Origin: Histomonas meleagridis 2922-C6/04-290x
Lineage: Eukaryota > Protista > Parabasalia
DNA: 32,628 nt
NCBI GenBank assembly: GCA_020184695.1
Contig: JAANOX010000001.1
Span: 1-32,628, forward strand
Reading direction: 5' to 3'
This document shows positions 22,587-32,628 of the stretch, piece by piece; positions within the stretch are counted from its first letter, which is position 1; every line of letters starts with the position of its first letter. Position numbers and translations under genes: made by a program. The notes beneath the pieces were generated by a model. That model saw nothing but the letters and a program-made list of their open reading frames with translations, was not told where the DNA came from and did no database searches.

Positions 22587-24767
22587 AAAATTCCAGAATT
22601 ATGGAAAATATCAAGAACTATATTGTTATTTAAGAAGAATAATCCAGATGAAATCATCAATTGGAGACCAATCTCAATATCTCCAACTTTATACAGAATT
22701 ATGATGTGCCACTTTGCACGATGCATTCAAGATTTAAATGTTTCTTCGCCATTCATAAGTTCAGTACAAAAAGGTTTTAAAACCAATATCAATGGGATAA
22801 CTGAACACATTACGAATATAAATGAAATAATTGCACAATCAGTGAGGTCAAAAGATTCGATTTATATTACAACATTAGTTTTCGCCAAAGCCTTCGATTC
22901 AGTACCTCACAAGCTTATTACTTGGTCATTAAATCAATTAGGATTCCCGAATTATTGTATCAAATTAATAAAAGACTTATATACAGATACCAAAACAAGA
23001 ATAGAACTAAGAAATAAACCTTCAGATTGGATTAACATCAATAGAGGTGTCAGACAAGGTTGTCCTCTATCACCAACACTATTTAATTTATGTCTTGAAC
23101 CTTTAATTAAAGCAATACAAAATTATAATAAAAAAGATGGAGTAATTATAGAAGATCCAATGAGAGAAAATGAATTTTTCTTTTTTAATATTCAAGCTTA
23201 TGCAGATGATGTTATATTGATTTCTAATACACAAGATGGAATGCAAAATATGCTTAAAACAGTAGAAGAATTTTGTAAAATTTTTAAACTTAAAATAGCT
23301 TCACAAAAATGCAAAACTATATCTTATATAAATTTTAATAATAAAAGACCAACGTTGAATGAAAACTTTACTATTAATAATAAAGAAATACCAAATCATC
23401 CATTAATGGAATATATAGAATATTTAGGTGCACCAATAGCAATAATCGCAGTACAACATTCTCAAACTAAAATCAATAAAATTAAACAAGAAATCATACA
23501 AGTAATTAATTCTCCTTTAAAAGTTAATCAAATAATAGATGCAATTAAAAGAATAATTACTCCTCAATTAGATTTTGAAATGTTAAATGGTTTATGCTCT
23601 ATTAAAGAACTTAAAAAACTTGATGAATTTATTATAGGTTCAATAAATCAAATATTAAATACAAAAGGTTTACCAAAAGATTTATTTTATACACATTAAA
23701 GAAGGAGGTTTAAGTTATGTCATTTTGTAGAAAGAAATTATGTGTTCAATTAAAGAACATTTACAGGTTTATTATTATCAAAAGATATAAACATTAGGAA
23801 TTTTATTAGAATGACAATGTACAAAGAATTAGATTTCAGGAAAATTAAAGTCAATGAAAACTCACCTTATTTTGGAATTCCATTTGATGAAAAGGGTAAA
23901 ATCATACAAAATTCATATAGTAAAACAAATAGTACATTTTGTAGAGCAACAAAATCATTATATAACTTAAAAGTAGGTTCTAAGCCAAATTTAGAAGAAA
24001 ACAATCGTATTATTTATCAAATTAAAAACAAAGAAAATGAAGAAGAATAAGAAGAAACAGAAGAATGTATTAATGAAAAGATATCACAAAAATATCCAAA
24101 TAAAATGATACAGAAAGAAACATGCAGATAACCTTAAGAAGTTATTATTTTGAGCACATACTTTTGCACAATAGATAAATCAGCTGACTCAAATTTCTTT
24201 CTATCTGATTTTAGAGCACCAACAAGTAATAATATCATTAAATTCGCAATTCTAGCAAGATGTAATAATTTACCGACAAATGAAATCCTAAATAACAATA
24301 ATTTAAATATAAATTCTAAATGTAATAGATGTAACTTAAATCAAAATGATTCATTGATGCATAGAATTAATGATTGCATTAAAATTGAAAATATAACTAC
24401 TAAAAGACATAATGCAATAGTAGAAGAAATAATCATCAAAGAAAATAATTATAAAGGTAATAATATCATATTTAATGAAAACACAGGAGTAATTGATAGA
24501 AATCACAAAACAATCGGAACATTCAAGCCTGACATTTGGTATATAAATAACAATAGATTAACAATAATCGAAGTCAATTCCCCTTATGGTACAATTAGAA
24601 ATCTTGATGACAATCCAGAATCTACTTCAGTAATCAGAATAAAAAAAAAACAAAATAAATATAAAGAGAATAAAGAGTTATGCAAAAATAGACTTAATAT
24701 ATATAAGTCGACCTATATATCATCATTAATTCAACACAAGGTAATATACCAAACTACTAAAGAATAA
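22587..24767 (+). pseudogene. Reverse transcriptase - CCHC - RLE endonuclease ORF, disrupted
   Basis: KIPELWKISRTILLFKK, WRPISI, QKGF, LVFAKAFDSVPH (catalytic Asp changed to Val, GTT), RGVRQGCPLSP, YADD, YLG; then CNRC...H...C, RHNAIV and KPDIW...IIEV...KY. There are several stops and frameshifts. Confidence 0.9.
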
Positions 24768-25488
24768 AAAAGATTATTTTCAATGGAAATAAAAAGGTTG
24801 ATACATTTAGTTTTTATGTGTTATTGCAGCACTGTAAGAATCAATGTTGATATTCTATAAGATATACGAGAAAGACAAAAATAAAAAATAAGAATACTAA
24901 CTATAATATAAACATTAATTTAGAGAGAGAAGAAGAAGATTGTAATGTTATAGATGAAGATAATCATAATCCTGAAGAAGAAGATGAAGAAAAATCAGAA
25001 GAAGTACTATTCTCAGATTTTTTCTCTAATTCAGAACTCTTTAGATATGAACGAAGAAGAAAAAGTGAAGGATTTGTTATATTTACATCAGCAGAAAATA
25101 AGTATAACAAAAACCCGTAAAAAGGGAACAAAACAAAAATCTATAATAGAAGATCTGTATCATAATAGATAACAACAAAGCAAGGAAGAATGAAGATAAC
25201 TGGATGAAGATGTACTCAATATATAGAGGAAAAAGTATTGATGAATTACGTAAAACGTATGAGAGTTGAACACCCGTCTAGACTGTTACAATACGCGATT
25301 GATAAGAAGAAGAAAGCAGAAATTATTGAAGATTCTACTATTAGACAGAATAAGAAGATCGGAAAAGTGACACAAACTGTTAAAACGGTTTCGACCACCT
25401 CAGAGGTCAATCATAATATGGATCATAATAGTGGGATCAACCTACCATAATTTAAGACGGACGCGTCATTATACAATACATACTCATC
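22587..25488 (+). mobile_element. 5'-truncated non-LTR retrotransposon of the RLE type (R2/NeSL/CRE-like), nested in the Maverick
   Basis: RT, zinc-knuckle and restriction-like endonuclease coding sequence, followed by an acidic tail and a 3' region. The ends are approximate and no TSD was found. Confidence 0.85.
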
Positions 25489-25491
25489 CCT

Positions 25492-27030
25492 TTAGAAGAT
25501 TGGTATAACGCAGTAGATGATTGTTTAAAATTATCAGAAATTATACCCGGTAATTATGAATACACTACAGCAACCTCTTACGGCAATGTAGGTGATATTA
25601 ATGAAGGTGATACTACATATGTAGATATAGCTACTGATAGATTTAAAATTATTAGTTTAGACAATTCATATATTACTTTAAAACAAACTGTTAAAATAAC
25701 AGTTCCTGATCAAACAAATTTATTATTTAAAGAATATTATATTGGTTATAAGTGTTCATGTGATGCTATTGATCAATACAGAATTTATAGTAATACTGAT
25801 AAAATACAAGATATTCATAATGCTAGATATGAATGGTTTATGTTTTATAACAGTTTATCTGATGAAGCTAAGTCCGGTAATGATTGTTTTGCAACAATTG
25901 ATAAAATTAGAAATCATGATCCAATGGTACCGGGTGTTTATGTTGATTTATCAGCAATAAATGCTGCCAAGGAAATTACTGTCGAAATACCTTTACGTAT
26001 ACCTTTATCATACTTCTTATTATTATTTAATATGAGATATTATCCTAATTGGGCAGGTAAACTATCTATAGAATTAATGCCTTCTTATCAAAATTTAGTT
26101 ATAGCACCAATACCTAATTATGATAATATATTGTTAAAAAATGATGATAGCGATAATGATAAGAGAGAATATTATATTGATATTCGAGATATTATTAATA
26201 GCGGTGCCGTAGACTTAGGATTTCGTAATATAAATGAAACTGTATAAAATAATATCAAAGAAACTAATTCATCTGGATCATATACATATACTGAACAACA
26301 ACAACAATTTATATGTAATACTCAAGTAACAAAAGACATCAAAATTAAATTAGCAGAATATTTATTAAAAATGGATGTATTTAACGCATTAGCTGCTAAA
26401 TATATACAAGTTCCGTTATTATTTCCTATACATATATGTCAAGTAAGAGACTTCACACAAGAATATATAGGCGATAAATCATTAATAGATACCGCTGCTA
26501 CTATCGGAATTAGACATTGTGATACATTATTTACAGTATTTCGCGTAAATCAATATTCTAGAACATGTTTCTTAAATCCACATATTAGTTACAGATTTAA
26601 TATTGACGGCAAAATGTATCCCCGAGAAGACTACACAACTGTAGATGACGCTAAAAATATTAATATGTTATTGGACAGTGTTAATTTAAACGGAAGTTTA
26701 TTAAGCAGTCTTAATGAAGATTTAAAAACATCAATACAGCCATATTATTATAAAAATACTTATAATGCTTCTGGAGTAAAAACTACAACAAGAATTTGGC
26801 ACGGTAAAGATTTCCAAGGCGGTATTTCAACAACGGGTACTATACAAATAGAACTTCACGGAAATCGTGTAAATACAACTGATTATTTAGCTACAAGTCC
26901 AAATGCATCACCTGTAGGTATATATTTTGAAGATGCTATATTAAAAATACGTTCTGTAAAACCTGAAGGAAGGTCACAAATTGAAATTACTAATGCATCT
27001 GTAGAACAAGTTATTAACGGATTACGTTAA
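25492..27030 (+). pseudogene. Major capsid protein (double jelly-roll), N-terminus lost, one in-frame stop at 26245-26247
   Basis: The frame is open from 25492 (LEDWYNAVDD...IISLDNSYITLKQ...YYIGYK) and stays in frame across a single TAA into ORF 26371..27030 (RFNIDGKMYP...GGISTTGTIQIEL). It spans ~510 codons, is beta-rich and lies next to the penton and ATPase genes. No upstream ATG exists before the stop at 25453. Confidence 0.75.
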
Positions 27031-27068
27031 AAATATATATTATAAAAATAATATATATTATTAAATAT

Positions 27069-27875
27069 TTATTTTTGTTTGTCTATATTTTCATCAGATG
27101 CTGTTATAAGTAAATTACTGTTTTTAATATCTTCATCAATGTCTTCATCAGGTATTGGTCTTATAGATATTGTTATATACATAGGTGATAATAAATGAAC
27201 TTCTTGCATATTAGCATCTACTAATTTTAATTCTAAATGTGACAAATCACTGCTGTTAATCAATACTTCAAAATCAGCATTATTAACAATAATAGGATAA
27301 TTATTACTAAAAGAATTATCAATTCTGAGTATTATTTTTGATATATTGATGTTTTCATTTAAATTTCTATAACTACTTTTACCTAAATTACTTACTATAT
27401 ATAATACAGGTGTTGATAAATAATTCCCTACAGAATCACATAATATTTCATATTTATTCGTATCTTTATTTAAATAAGTTGATGTTAAAGGTAAATTTGT
27501 ATTATATAAACCTGTTAATTGTTTTATATTATAACTCATATCATTTACAGTAAATTCATTAGCACTACTAAATATTAATCTGCTTGTAGAATCAGTCTCA
27601 ACAATAACATTACTTTTTGTAATTAAACTTGTTAATAAACTCGCAAAAACTTGTATAATTTACATCAGTATACTGTGTGTTAAAAGTATATTTTGTATTA
27701 TTGATTATTATATAATCACCTCTTTTTCAATAACTACTATATTACAATGAGTTGTTAATGAAGTAATTATCATTTTAGCAAATCTTGTATGAGGTAATGG
27801 TAAATTAACATTAATTCTGTTATAATGATTAACATCATATGATGAAATCATATAATCAATTATTTCATTAAACAT
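27069..27875 (-). CDS. Minor capsid protein (penton-like), two compensating frameshifts at ~27722 and ~27650
   Basis: The ATG at 27875 gives MFNEIIDYMISS...GDYIIINNTKY...VFASLLTSL...MSYNIKQLTGLY...STPVLY...LVDANMQEVHLLSPMYITI (~268 aa). It is convergent with the major capsid gene. Confidence 0.65.
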
Positions 27876-27899
27876 TATATTTTAATTTTTATAAAAATA

Positions 27900-28052
27900 A
27901 TGATATTTGAATTATATATATGTATTATATCAACTATTTATGTAATCAATTCTGTAATAAATACATTTATAAAAATATATAATATTGATATTGATAATAA
28001 TGATGAAGAAGAAGAGATACCTGATAATATTAAGAAATCATTATATTGTTAA
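27900..28052 (+). CDS. 50-aa small membrane protein (not in ORF track)
   Basis: MIFELYICIISTIYVINSVINTFIKIYNIDIDNNDEEEEIPDNIKKSLYC*: hydrophobic N-terminus and acidic tail. It fills almost the whole gap between the penton and ATPase genes. Confidence 0.65.
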   Translation: MIFELYICIISTIYVINSVINTFIKIYNIDIDNNDEEEEIPDNIKKSLYC

Positions 28053-28055
28053 AGT

Positions 28056-28952
28056 TTATTTTTCAACATTAGCTAATGTAATAGTTATTTTTTTGGCTTT
28101 TATGTATATATTAAATCTACTGTGTTGATCTTTTATTTTTGAATACTCATTCCATAACTTATCTACGTCAAAACAACTTGCAGGTGATTCTTTAATCAAA
28201 TAATAAAAGTCTTCTTTAGAGATACCTGGAAATAATACTATATCAGATAAGGTTCTTTTCAAATCTTTTGGTATTGATTTTACTGTTTGTACACATACAA
28301 TAACATTAATATTGAAGTGTCTTAACTTTTTTAATAATTTCATTAAATCAGTTTCTTTATTTTTTAATAACACGTGATTTGCAAAATCATCTAATATTAA
28401 TAACATTCTGTGAGGATATGTTTTCCAATTGTAATAAGCTAATTTCAATGATATATATTTTAATATCTTTTCTTTTGAATTTAATTTATGTTTAAAAAAG
28501 ACTCTTTCTAATTCCTCATTAATTTCTTTAAAGTTACTGTTAATATATTTCATTATTGAGTTATATTTTAAAATACGCCTCATATATTTGTTTAAGAAAT
28601 CTAATAAATCGTTATCAGATATCGCTATAAGTTTACTGTTTTTAATTAATATTTTAAAAGAATTTACTGTTTCATCAAACTTGTTACTTGTAGAACATAT
28701 ACATATTAACTCATAAAAAGGTTCATTAAATAATACTTCTTGTTGAGCTACTAATTTTAAATAAGTATAACTTTTACCCGATCCCATAGGTGCAATAAAT
28801 GCACAAATACCGTTCTGAGAAAATGGATATTTTTCATGTATAGGTTTTATTAAAGCATTATCTAATAATACTTTGTTTTTGTTACTAATCTTATTAAAAT
28901 TGTTATCTATTTCTTTAAACTTTTTGTCAATAGATTCATATTTATGCTTCAT
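28056..28952 (-). CDS. A32/FtsK-HerA-type DNA packaging ATPase
   Basis: Walker A APMGSGKS, Walker B LLILDD and the downstream LRHFNINVIVCVQ motif. The ORF is intact (298 aa). Confidence 0.92.
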   Translation of the reverse strand: MKHKYESIDKKFKEIDNNFNKISNKNKVLLDNALIKPIHEKYPFSQNGICAFIAPMGSGKSYTYLKLVAQQEVLFNEPFYELICICSTSNKFDETVNSFKILIKNSKLIAISDNDLLDFLNKYMRRILKYNSIMKYINSNFKEINEELERVFFKHKLNSKEKILKYISLKLAYYNWKTYPHRMLLILDDFANHVLLKNKETDLMKLLKKLRHFNINVIVCVQTVKSIPKDLKRTLSDIVLFPGISKEDFYYLIKESPASCFDVDKLWNEYSKIKDQHSRFNIYIKAKKITITLANVEK

Positions 28953-29014
28953 TTTGTTAAAAATAAAAACACATCATATTTTTAATTGTTTTAATATTTT
29001 TTCCTCATATAAAT

Positions 29015-29485
29015 ATGGAATCATTTAAAAGTTATTTGTTAAGTGATTTTGAAAATCTTAATTACAAAGCCGTAGATATTAAATTTAAACACTCTGAGAA
29101 ACCAGGTATCGATAAAAAAACTAAAGAACCTTATATTCGTCACAGTATATTAGTAAATATGAAGTTTTATAATCAAAACCTCAAATTATTAAGTGCTGTT
29201 AACATTAAATTTATTAATGATAAATTAGCTCCTGTAAGTGCTAAAAAATTAAAAAACATATCACCAGATGAGCTCAATAATAAATTTATTGATGCTAAAC
29301 AACATATTGTAAGTGAAATATGTAATGACATACAAAATAAAATTGAACATTTAACGTCAAAAATAAATTCTATTAACAATTATTGTCAAACATCTAATAT
29401 CACATCTAATAAAACATCTAATAATGACCTCGAAAATGATGATATTATTAAACCCACAAAATCTAAGAAGAAATTTGATATGTAA
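29015..29485 (+). CDS. Hypothetical Maverick protein
   Basis: Intact 156-aa ORF with tight flanking spacers. No motif recognised. Confidence 0.65.
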   Translation: MESFKSYLLSDFENLNYKAVDIKFKHSEKPGIDKKTKEPYIRHSILVNMKFYNQNLKLLSAVNIKFINDKLAPVSAKKLKNISPDELNNKFIDAKQHIVSEICNDIQNKIEHLTSKINSINNYCQTSNITSNKTSNNDLENDDIIKPTKSKKKFDM

Positions 29486-29514
29486 AAATGAACAAAAATA
29501 AAATAATATTATTT

Positions 29515-31686
29515 TTATAAATTCATCAATGTTTTTATAGGATCTTCACTGTTAATACATATATTTTTATATTTGTTATTAACGTGATATATATATTCAT
29601 TATTAATATTTTTACCGATCCAATTATCAGCTGATTTAATATATATTTCCTTGAATATGTGTTCAATTTTAAACTGACCTAATTTATCACCAATATATCC
29701 TAAATCCAATAATTTGTTATAATCTTCTTTAGATATCAATAAAGAATCAACTTTAGAATAATATACATCAGATATTAAACTTTTAATATGATTCATTTTA
29801 TCATTAAAATTATTTAATACTGATCTTGCAAATTGTGGATAAGTAAAGTGTTCTCTATAAGGTTTTATTGTATATACATAATTATTGGTATCATATTTAA
29901 TAACGTAAGGAGCAAATTCTTCGATATATTTATCAACGCAGCTTTCGCTGCAACCAGCTTTGCTGGCATTAGTCTCTAATTTTTTATTAAAATTAGGAGG
30001 TTTTCTAATAGATGAACCCCAACAACTATTCATCATAAATTTCAATGTAGTAGATAATTTATTATTGTTATTATTTTTGGCATTCATTCTTAAATTATAT
30101 AATATTTCAATAAGTTCTTTTATTTTAGTATTTTGACCTTTAAAATTACAGTTATTATCAGGTTTACCTATAGGTATTGATGTTACAGATGACATATATG
30201 CACCGTTTAAATCTATATAATAATACTTTCCTGTTAAATGTATTTGTTTCCAGATGGTCTTAGGAAATATACATTCATTACGTATTTTATTTGAAATATC
30301 ACCTGATAACTCATATACATTATCAAAACAACCGTATTCATACATTATTTTTAACATTAAATCGCTGTATCTGTAATAAGCTTTAACATTAATTTTTAAA
30401 CCTAAATTATTAATAATATCTTGTAATTCATTTAACCTGTAGTTAACTTCATTATCATCAATATTATACCCAAATAATTTCTTACCGTGTTTCATTCTTT
30501 TAACAAAATCAGGTATATACTTCTTATCAGGTATATGTATTAATCTATAACTGTTATAAGATTTATTAATAGTTTTATAACTCCAACACAATTTATTATA
30601 AGCATTAATATCCATAGGTTTTAATAAATTGCATTGTTTCATAGTATTAATTATATAATATACAGATATAGGTTTAGAAGCATATTCTATTGTTTTATTT
30701 TTATCATAATTTTTAATACTGTCAATTGATATATTAACACTTTCGTTTAACATATAATGATTATCTATAATGATTAATTTTATAGTTTTATTATATTGTT
30801 TACCGTAATCTCTGTGAGTAAAACCTTTATTAGCCATATATCTGACATTAATATGTACTTTTAATAAATCTGATATATTATTTAATTCTGATAAAGGAAC
30901 TGTTCTAGTATTTATAAATGATCTTAACATATTAATTTCGTTATCTGTAAATAAATTGCTAGCAATAAATGATTGTATCAAACAAGATTCATTAATATTT
31001 TCATTGTTGACGTTATTGAAAATACCATATTTTGTAAGATCTATATCAGTAGTATTAATATAAGGGAAGAATCCTGGATTAACTCTTTTACCGTTCTTTA
31101 AATCTTTAAATTCAAACTTTATAGATTTAATATTTTTAAAGGTTTCTAATGCTAAAGTATTACTGTCACTAATATCATCTTTTTCATTAATTATATTATA
31201 TAAGAAATTAACTGTATTCATATTTCCGTGGTAATAAGATATATTATTATTATCGTCAATAATTGTCATTCTAATATCTTTATTTATCTTAGGACCTACT
31301 GATTTTATAGCATACATTAATGATTTTAACATAATATTGTTTTTATTAGAATTCACTGTATGAGTAAAGTCTTTCTGAACCATTAATTTCTTAATTAATT
31401 CTTTAGTTATATTGTTAATAGATTTATTATGTATCGGTTTATCTGCAGGTTCATCTTCGGATAAAGCTATATTATAATAATCATCAAAGTAATCATATTT
31501 ACTGCGTTTATTGTGTTTGATTTTATACTGTAGTTGATTAACTGATAAATGATCATATTTATTATTCATTTCATCATAAACTTTGTATTTGGTTTTAGTA
31601 TTTATATGTTCAAAATTATCTGGTAATGTATAACCGTAATTATTGAACAATTCTATTACTTGTTTTGTTGTTAGCTTTTTAGGCAT
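29515..31686 (-). CDS. Divergent, short family-B DNA polymerase-like protein
   Basis: Motif A YIDLNGAYMSSV, motif B KFMMNSCWG, motif C variant YYSKVDSLLI, then DKLGQFKIE, in the correct order. The ORF is intact (723 aa). Confidence 0.8.
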   Translation of the reverse strand: MPKKLTTKQVIELFNNYGYTLPDNFEHINTKTKYKVYDEMNNKYDHLSVNQLQYKIKHNKRSKYDYFDDYYNIALSEDEPADKPIHNKSINNITKELIKKLMVQKDFTHTVNSNKNNIMLKSLMYAIKSVGPKINKDIRMTIIDDNNNISYYHGNMNTVNFLYNIINEKDDISDSNTLALETFKNIKSIKFEFKDLKNGKRVNPGFFPYINTTDIDLTKYGIFNNVNNENINESCLIQSFIASNLFTDNEINMLRSFINTRTVPLSELNNISDLLKVHINVRYMANKGFTHRDYGKQYNKTIKLIIIDNHYMLNESVNISIDSIKNYDKNKTIEYASKPISVYYIINTMKQCNLLKPMDINAYNKLCWSYKTINKSYNSYRLIHIPDKKYIPDFVKRMKHGKKLFGYNIDDNEVNYRLNELQDIINNLGLKINVKAYYRYSDLMLKIMYEYGCFDNVYELSGDISNKIRNECIFPKTIWKQIHLTGKYYYIDLNGAYMSSVTSIPIGKPDNNCNFKGQNTKIKELIEILYNLRMNAKNNNNNKLSTTLKFMMNSCWGSSIRKPPNFNKKLETNASKAGCSESCVDKYIEEFAPYVIKYDTNNYVYTIKPYREHFTYPQFARSVLNNFNDKMNHIKSLISDVYYSKVDSLLISKEDYNKLLDLGYIGDKLGQFKIEHIFKEIYIKSADNWIGKNINNEYIYHVNNKYKNICINSEDPIKTLMNL

Positions 31687-31748
31687 ATATATTATATTAA
31701 AATAAAAATAAAATAAATTTTTATGAAAATTATATTTTTAAAGATTGT

Positions 31749-32035
31749 TTATATAGTAATTCCAGAAACAGATTTGACAAATTTGAGTGATATTTTACGT
31801 TTATCGATAAATTCTATAACATCTGGAAAACTATATTTTAAATTATATGTTTCACCATCTTTTTTAACATATATTTTACTAACATAATCATAAGTATTAC
31901 TTTTACAACAATATGTATCAGTATCAGCTTTTAACAGTTCAACTTCATTAGTATCACATAATAATTGCAATAATTTAATTAATTCATCTTCTTCAGCAAT
32001 TATATATTTATTAACAATTAACGTTTATTGCTCAT
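31749..32035 (-). CDS. Small conserved-looking Maverick protein (~95 aa) with a CC motif; frameshift near its start
   Basis: One added A after ATG AGC AAT AAA gives MSNKTLIVNKYIIAEEDELIKLLQLLCDTNEVELL...TYCCKS...YSFPDVIEFIDKRKISLKFV. Confidence 0.55.
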
Positions 32036-32628
32036 AATATCTAAACATAAACTAATGCTTGCATTAATAAATCTTTGGCGTGAATAATGTTTTGTAAAAA
32101 TTATTATTTAAATCATTAGCTGTTTCGACAGATCTGTTGTGAATAGTCATTATTATCGTTAACGTCTTGATATTTGCTCTATGATCGAGACTCATGAATA
32201 ATACAGGATTTCGGCATTACATTTCAGTTTTGATTGGGGCTGTTGATGTTGTATACTTTTGCTGACAAAATGCTTTTGAACAAGATATACCTTTGGAATG
32301 AGGGCTACTGACATATTTGCATTATATGTAAAAAATACTATTGTAATGGACTTGTTTGACTATATCAAAGAATAAAATCTAAAGTGTTTACTATAAAACA
32401 CAATTGCCTTATTGATTTAATCAATTTATATTGAGACTGAGTAATATATAAATATATTATAATTGCTACAATATTTAAAGTCTAAAAATTGGGTTTAATA
32501 TAATTTACAGTAATGTAAATATAAAATAAAATACCGTTAAAAATATGCCAGGACGGTATATATAGTATATGATCCTAACAAAAATGAAATAACTCTATGT
32601 GCTGCGAAGAAAAATATTAATTATAACA

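Larger units (their letters stand above)
14506..32130. mobile_element. Endogenous Maverick/Polinton-type virus, termini missing
   Basis: Co-located integrase, packaging ATPase, capsid proteins, PolB-like protein and SF3 helicase, densely packed and very AT-rich. The left edge abuts the Merlin remnant and the right edge is approximate. No TIRs are visible. Confidence 0.9.

Noticed and set aside
24954-25450. ORFs 24954..25172 and 25238..25450 as independent genes
   Set aside because: They lie in the degenerate acidic tail and 3' region of the retrotransposon and have no motifs.
15321-29379. Small shadow ORFs 15321..15524, 21055..21276, 21329..21628, 21883..22065, 25742..25960 and 29173..29379
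   Set aside because: Each overlaps a better-supported viral gene on the opposite strand or in another frame.
14400-32628. Maverick terminal inverted repeats and 6-bp TSD
   Set aside because: None was found; the left end is fused to a Merlin remnant and the right end is undefined.

Overview
AT-rich, apparently intron-free eukaryotic DNA. The host is most plausibly a parabasalid protist (Trichomonas/Tritrichomonas-like); this is inferred from the BspA gene and the Maverick gene set. The left half (1-14500) is a transposon-rich host region. It holds a dead pogo/Tigger-type DDE transposase, a BspA-like LRR surface protein gene broken only at two T-homopolymers, and a 130-bp GC-rich double-hairpin island. 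It also holds a Mutator (MULE) transposase inside a putative ~6.3 kb inverted-repeat-bounded element carrying two host membrane-protein tails and a 23-bp minisatellite, plus a 19-bp satellite and a Merlin/ISXO2 transposase remnant. The right half (~14506-32130) is an endogenous Maverick/Polinton-type DNA virus that has lost both ends. It encodes an SF3 helicase, a DD(35)D integrase, major and minor capsid proteins, a packaging ATPase and a short atypical family-B polymerase. Once small frameshifts are repaired, three further candidate genes stand out. These are a single ~1,250-aa phage-tail-fibre-like protein (15 HxH repeats, DGVMEVG-YIDFH modules, possible C-terminal chaperone), a Gly2 amphipathic protein resembling adenovirus protein VI, and a 50-aa membrane protein missed by the ORF track. 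A 5'-truncated RLE-type non-LTR retrotransposon sits inside the virus, and a diverged orphan piece of the fibre gene lies about 13 kb left of the element. Many genes carry 1-nt indels or stops, so decay and assembly error cannot be separated from this sequence alone. All family assignments come from motif recognition, not database searches.
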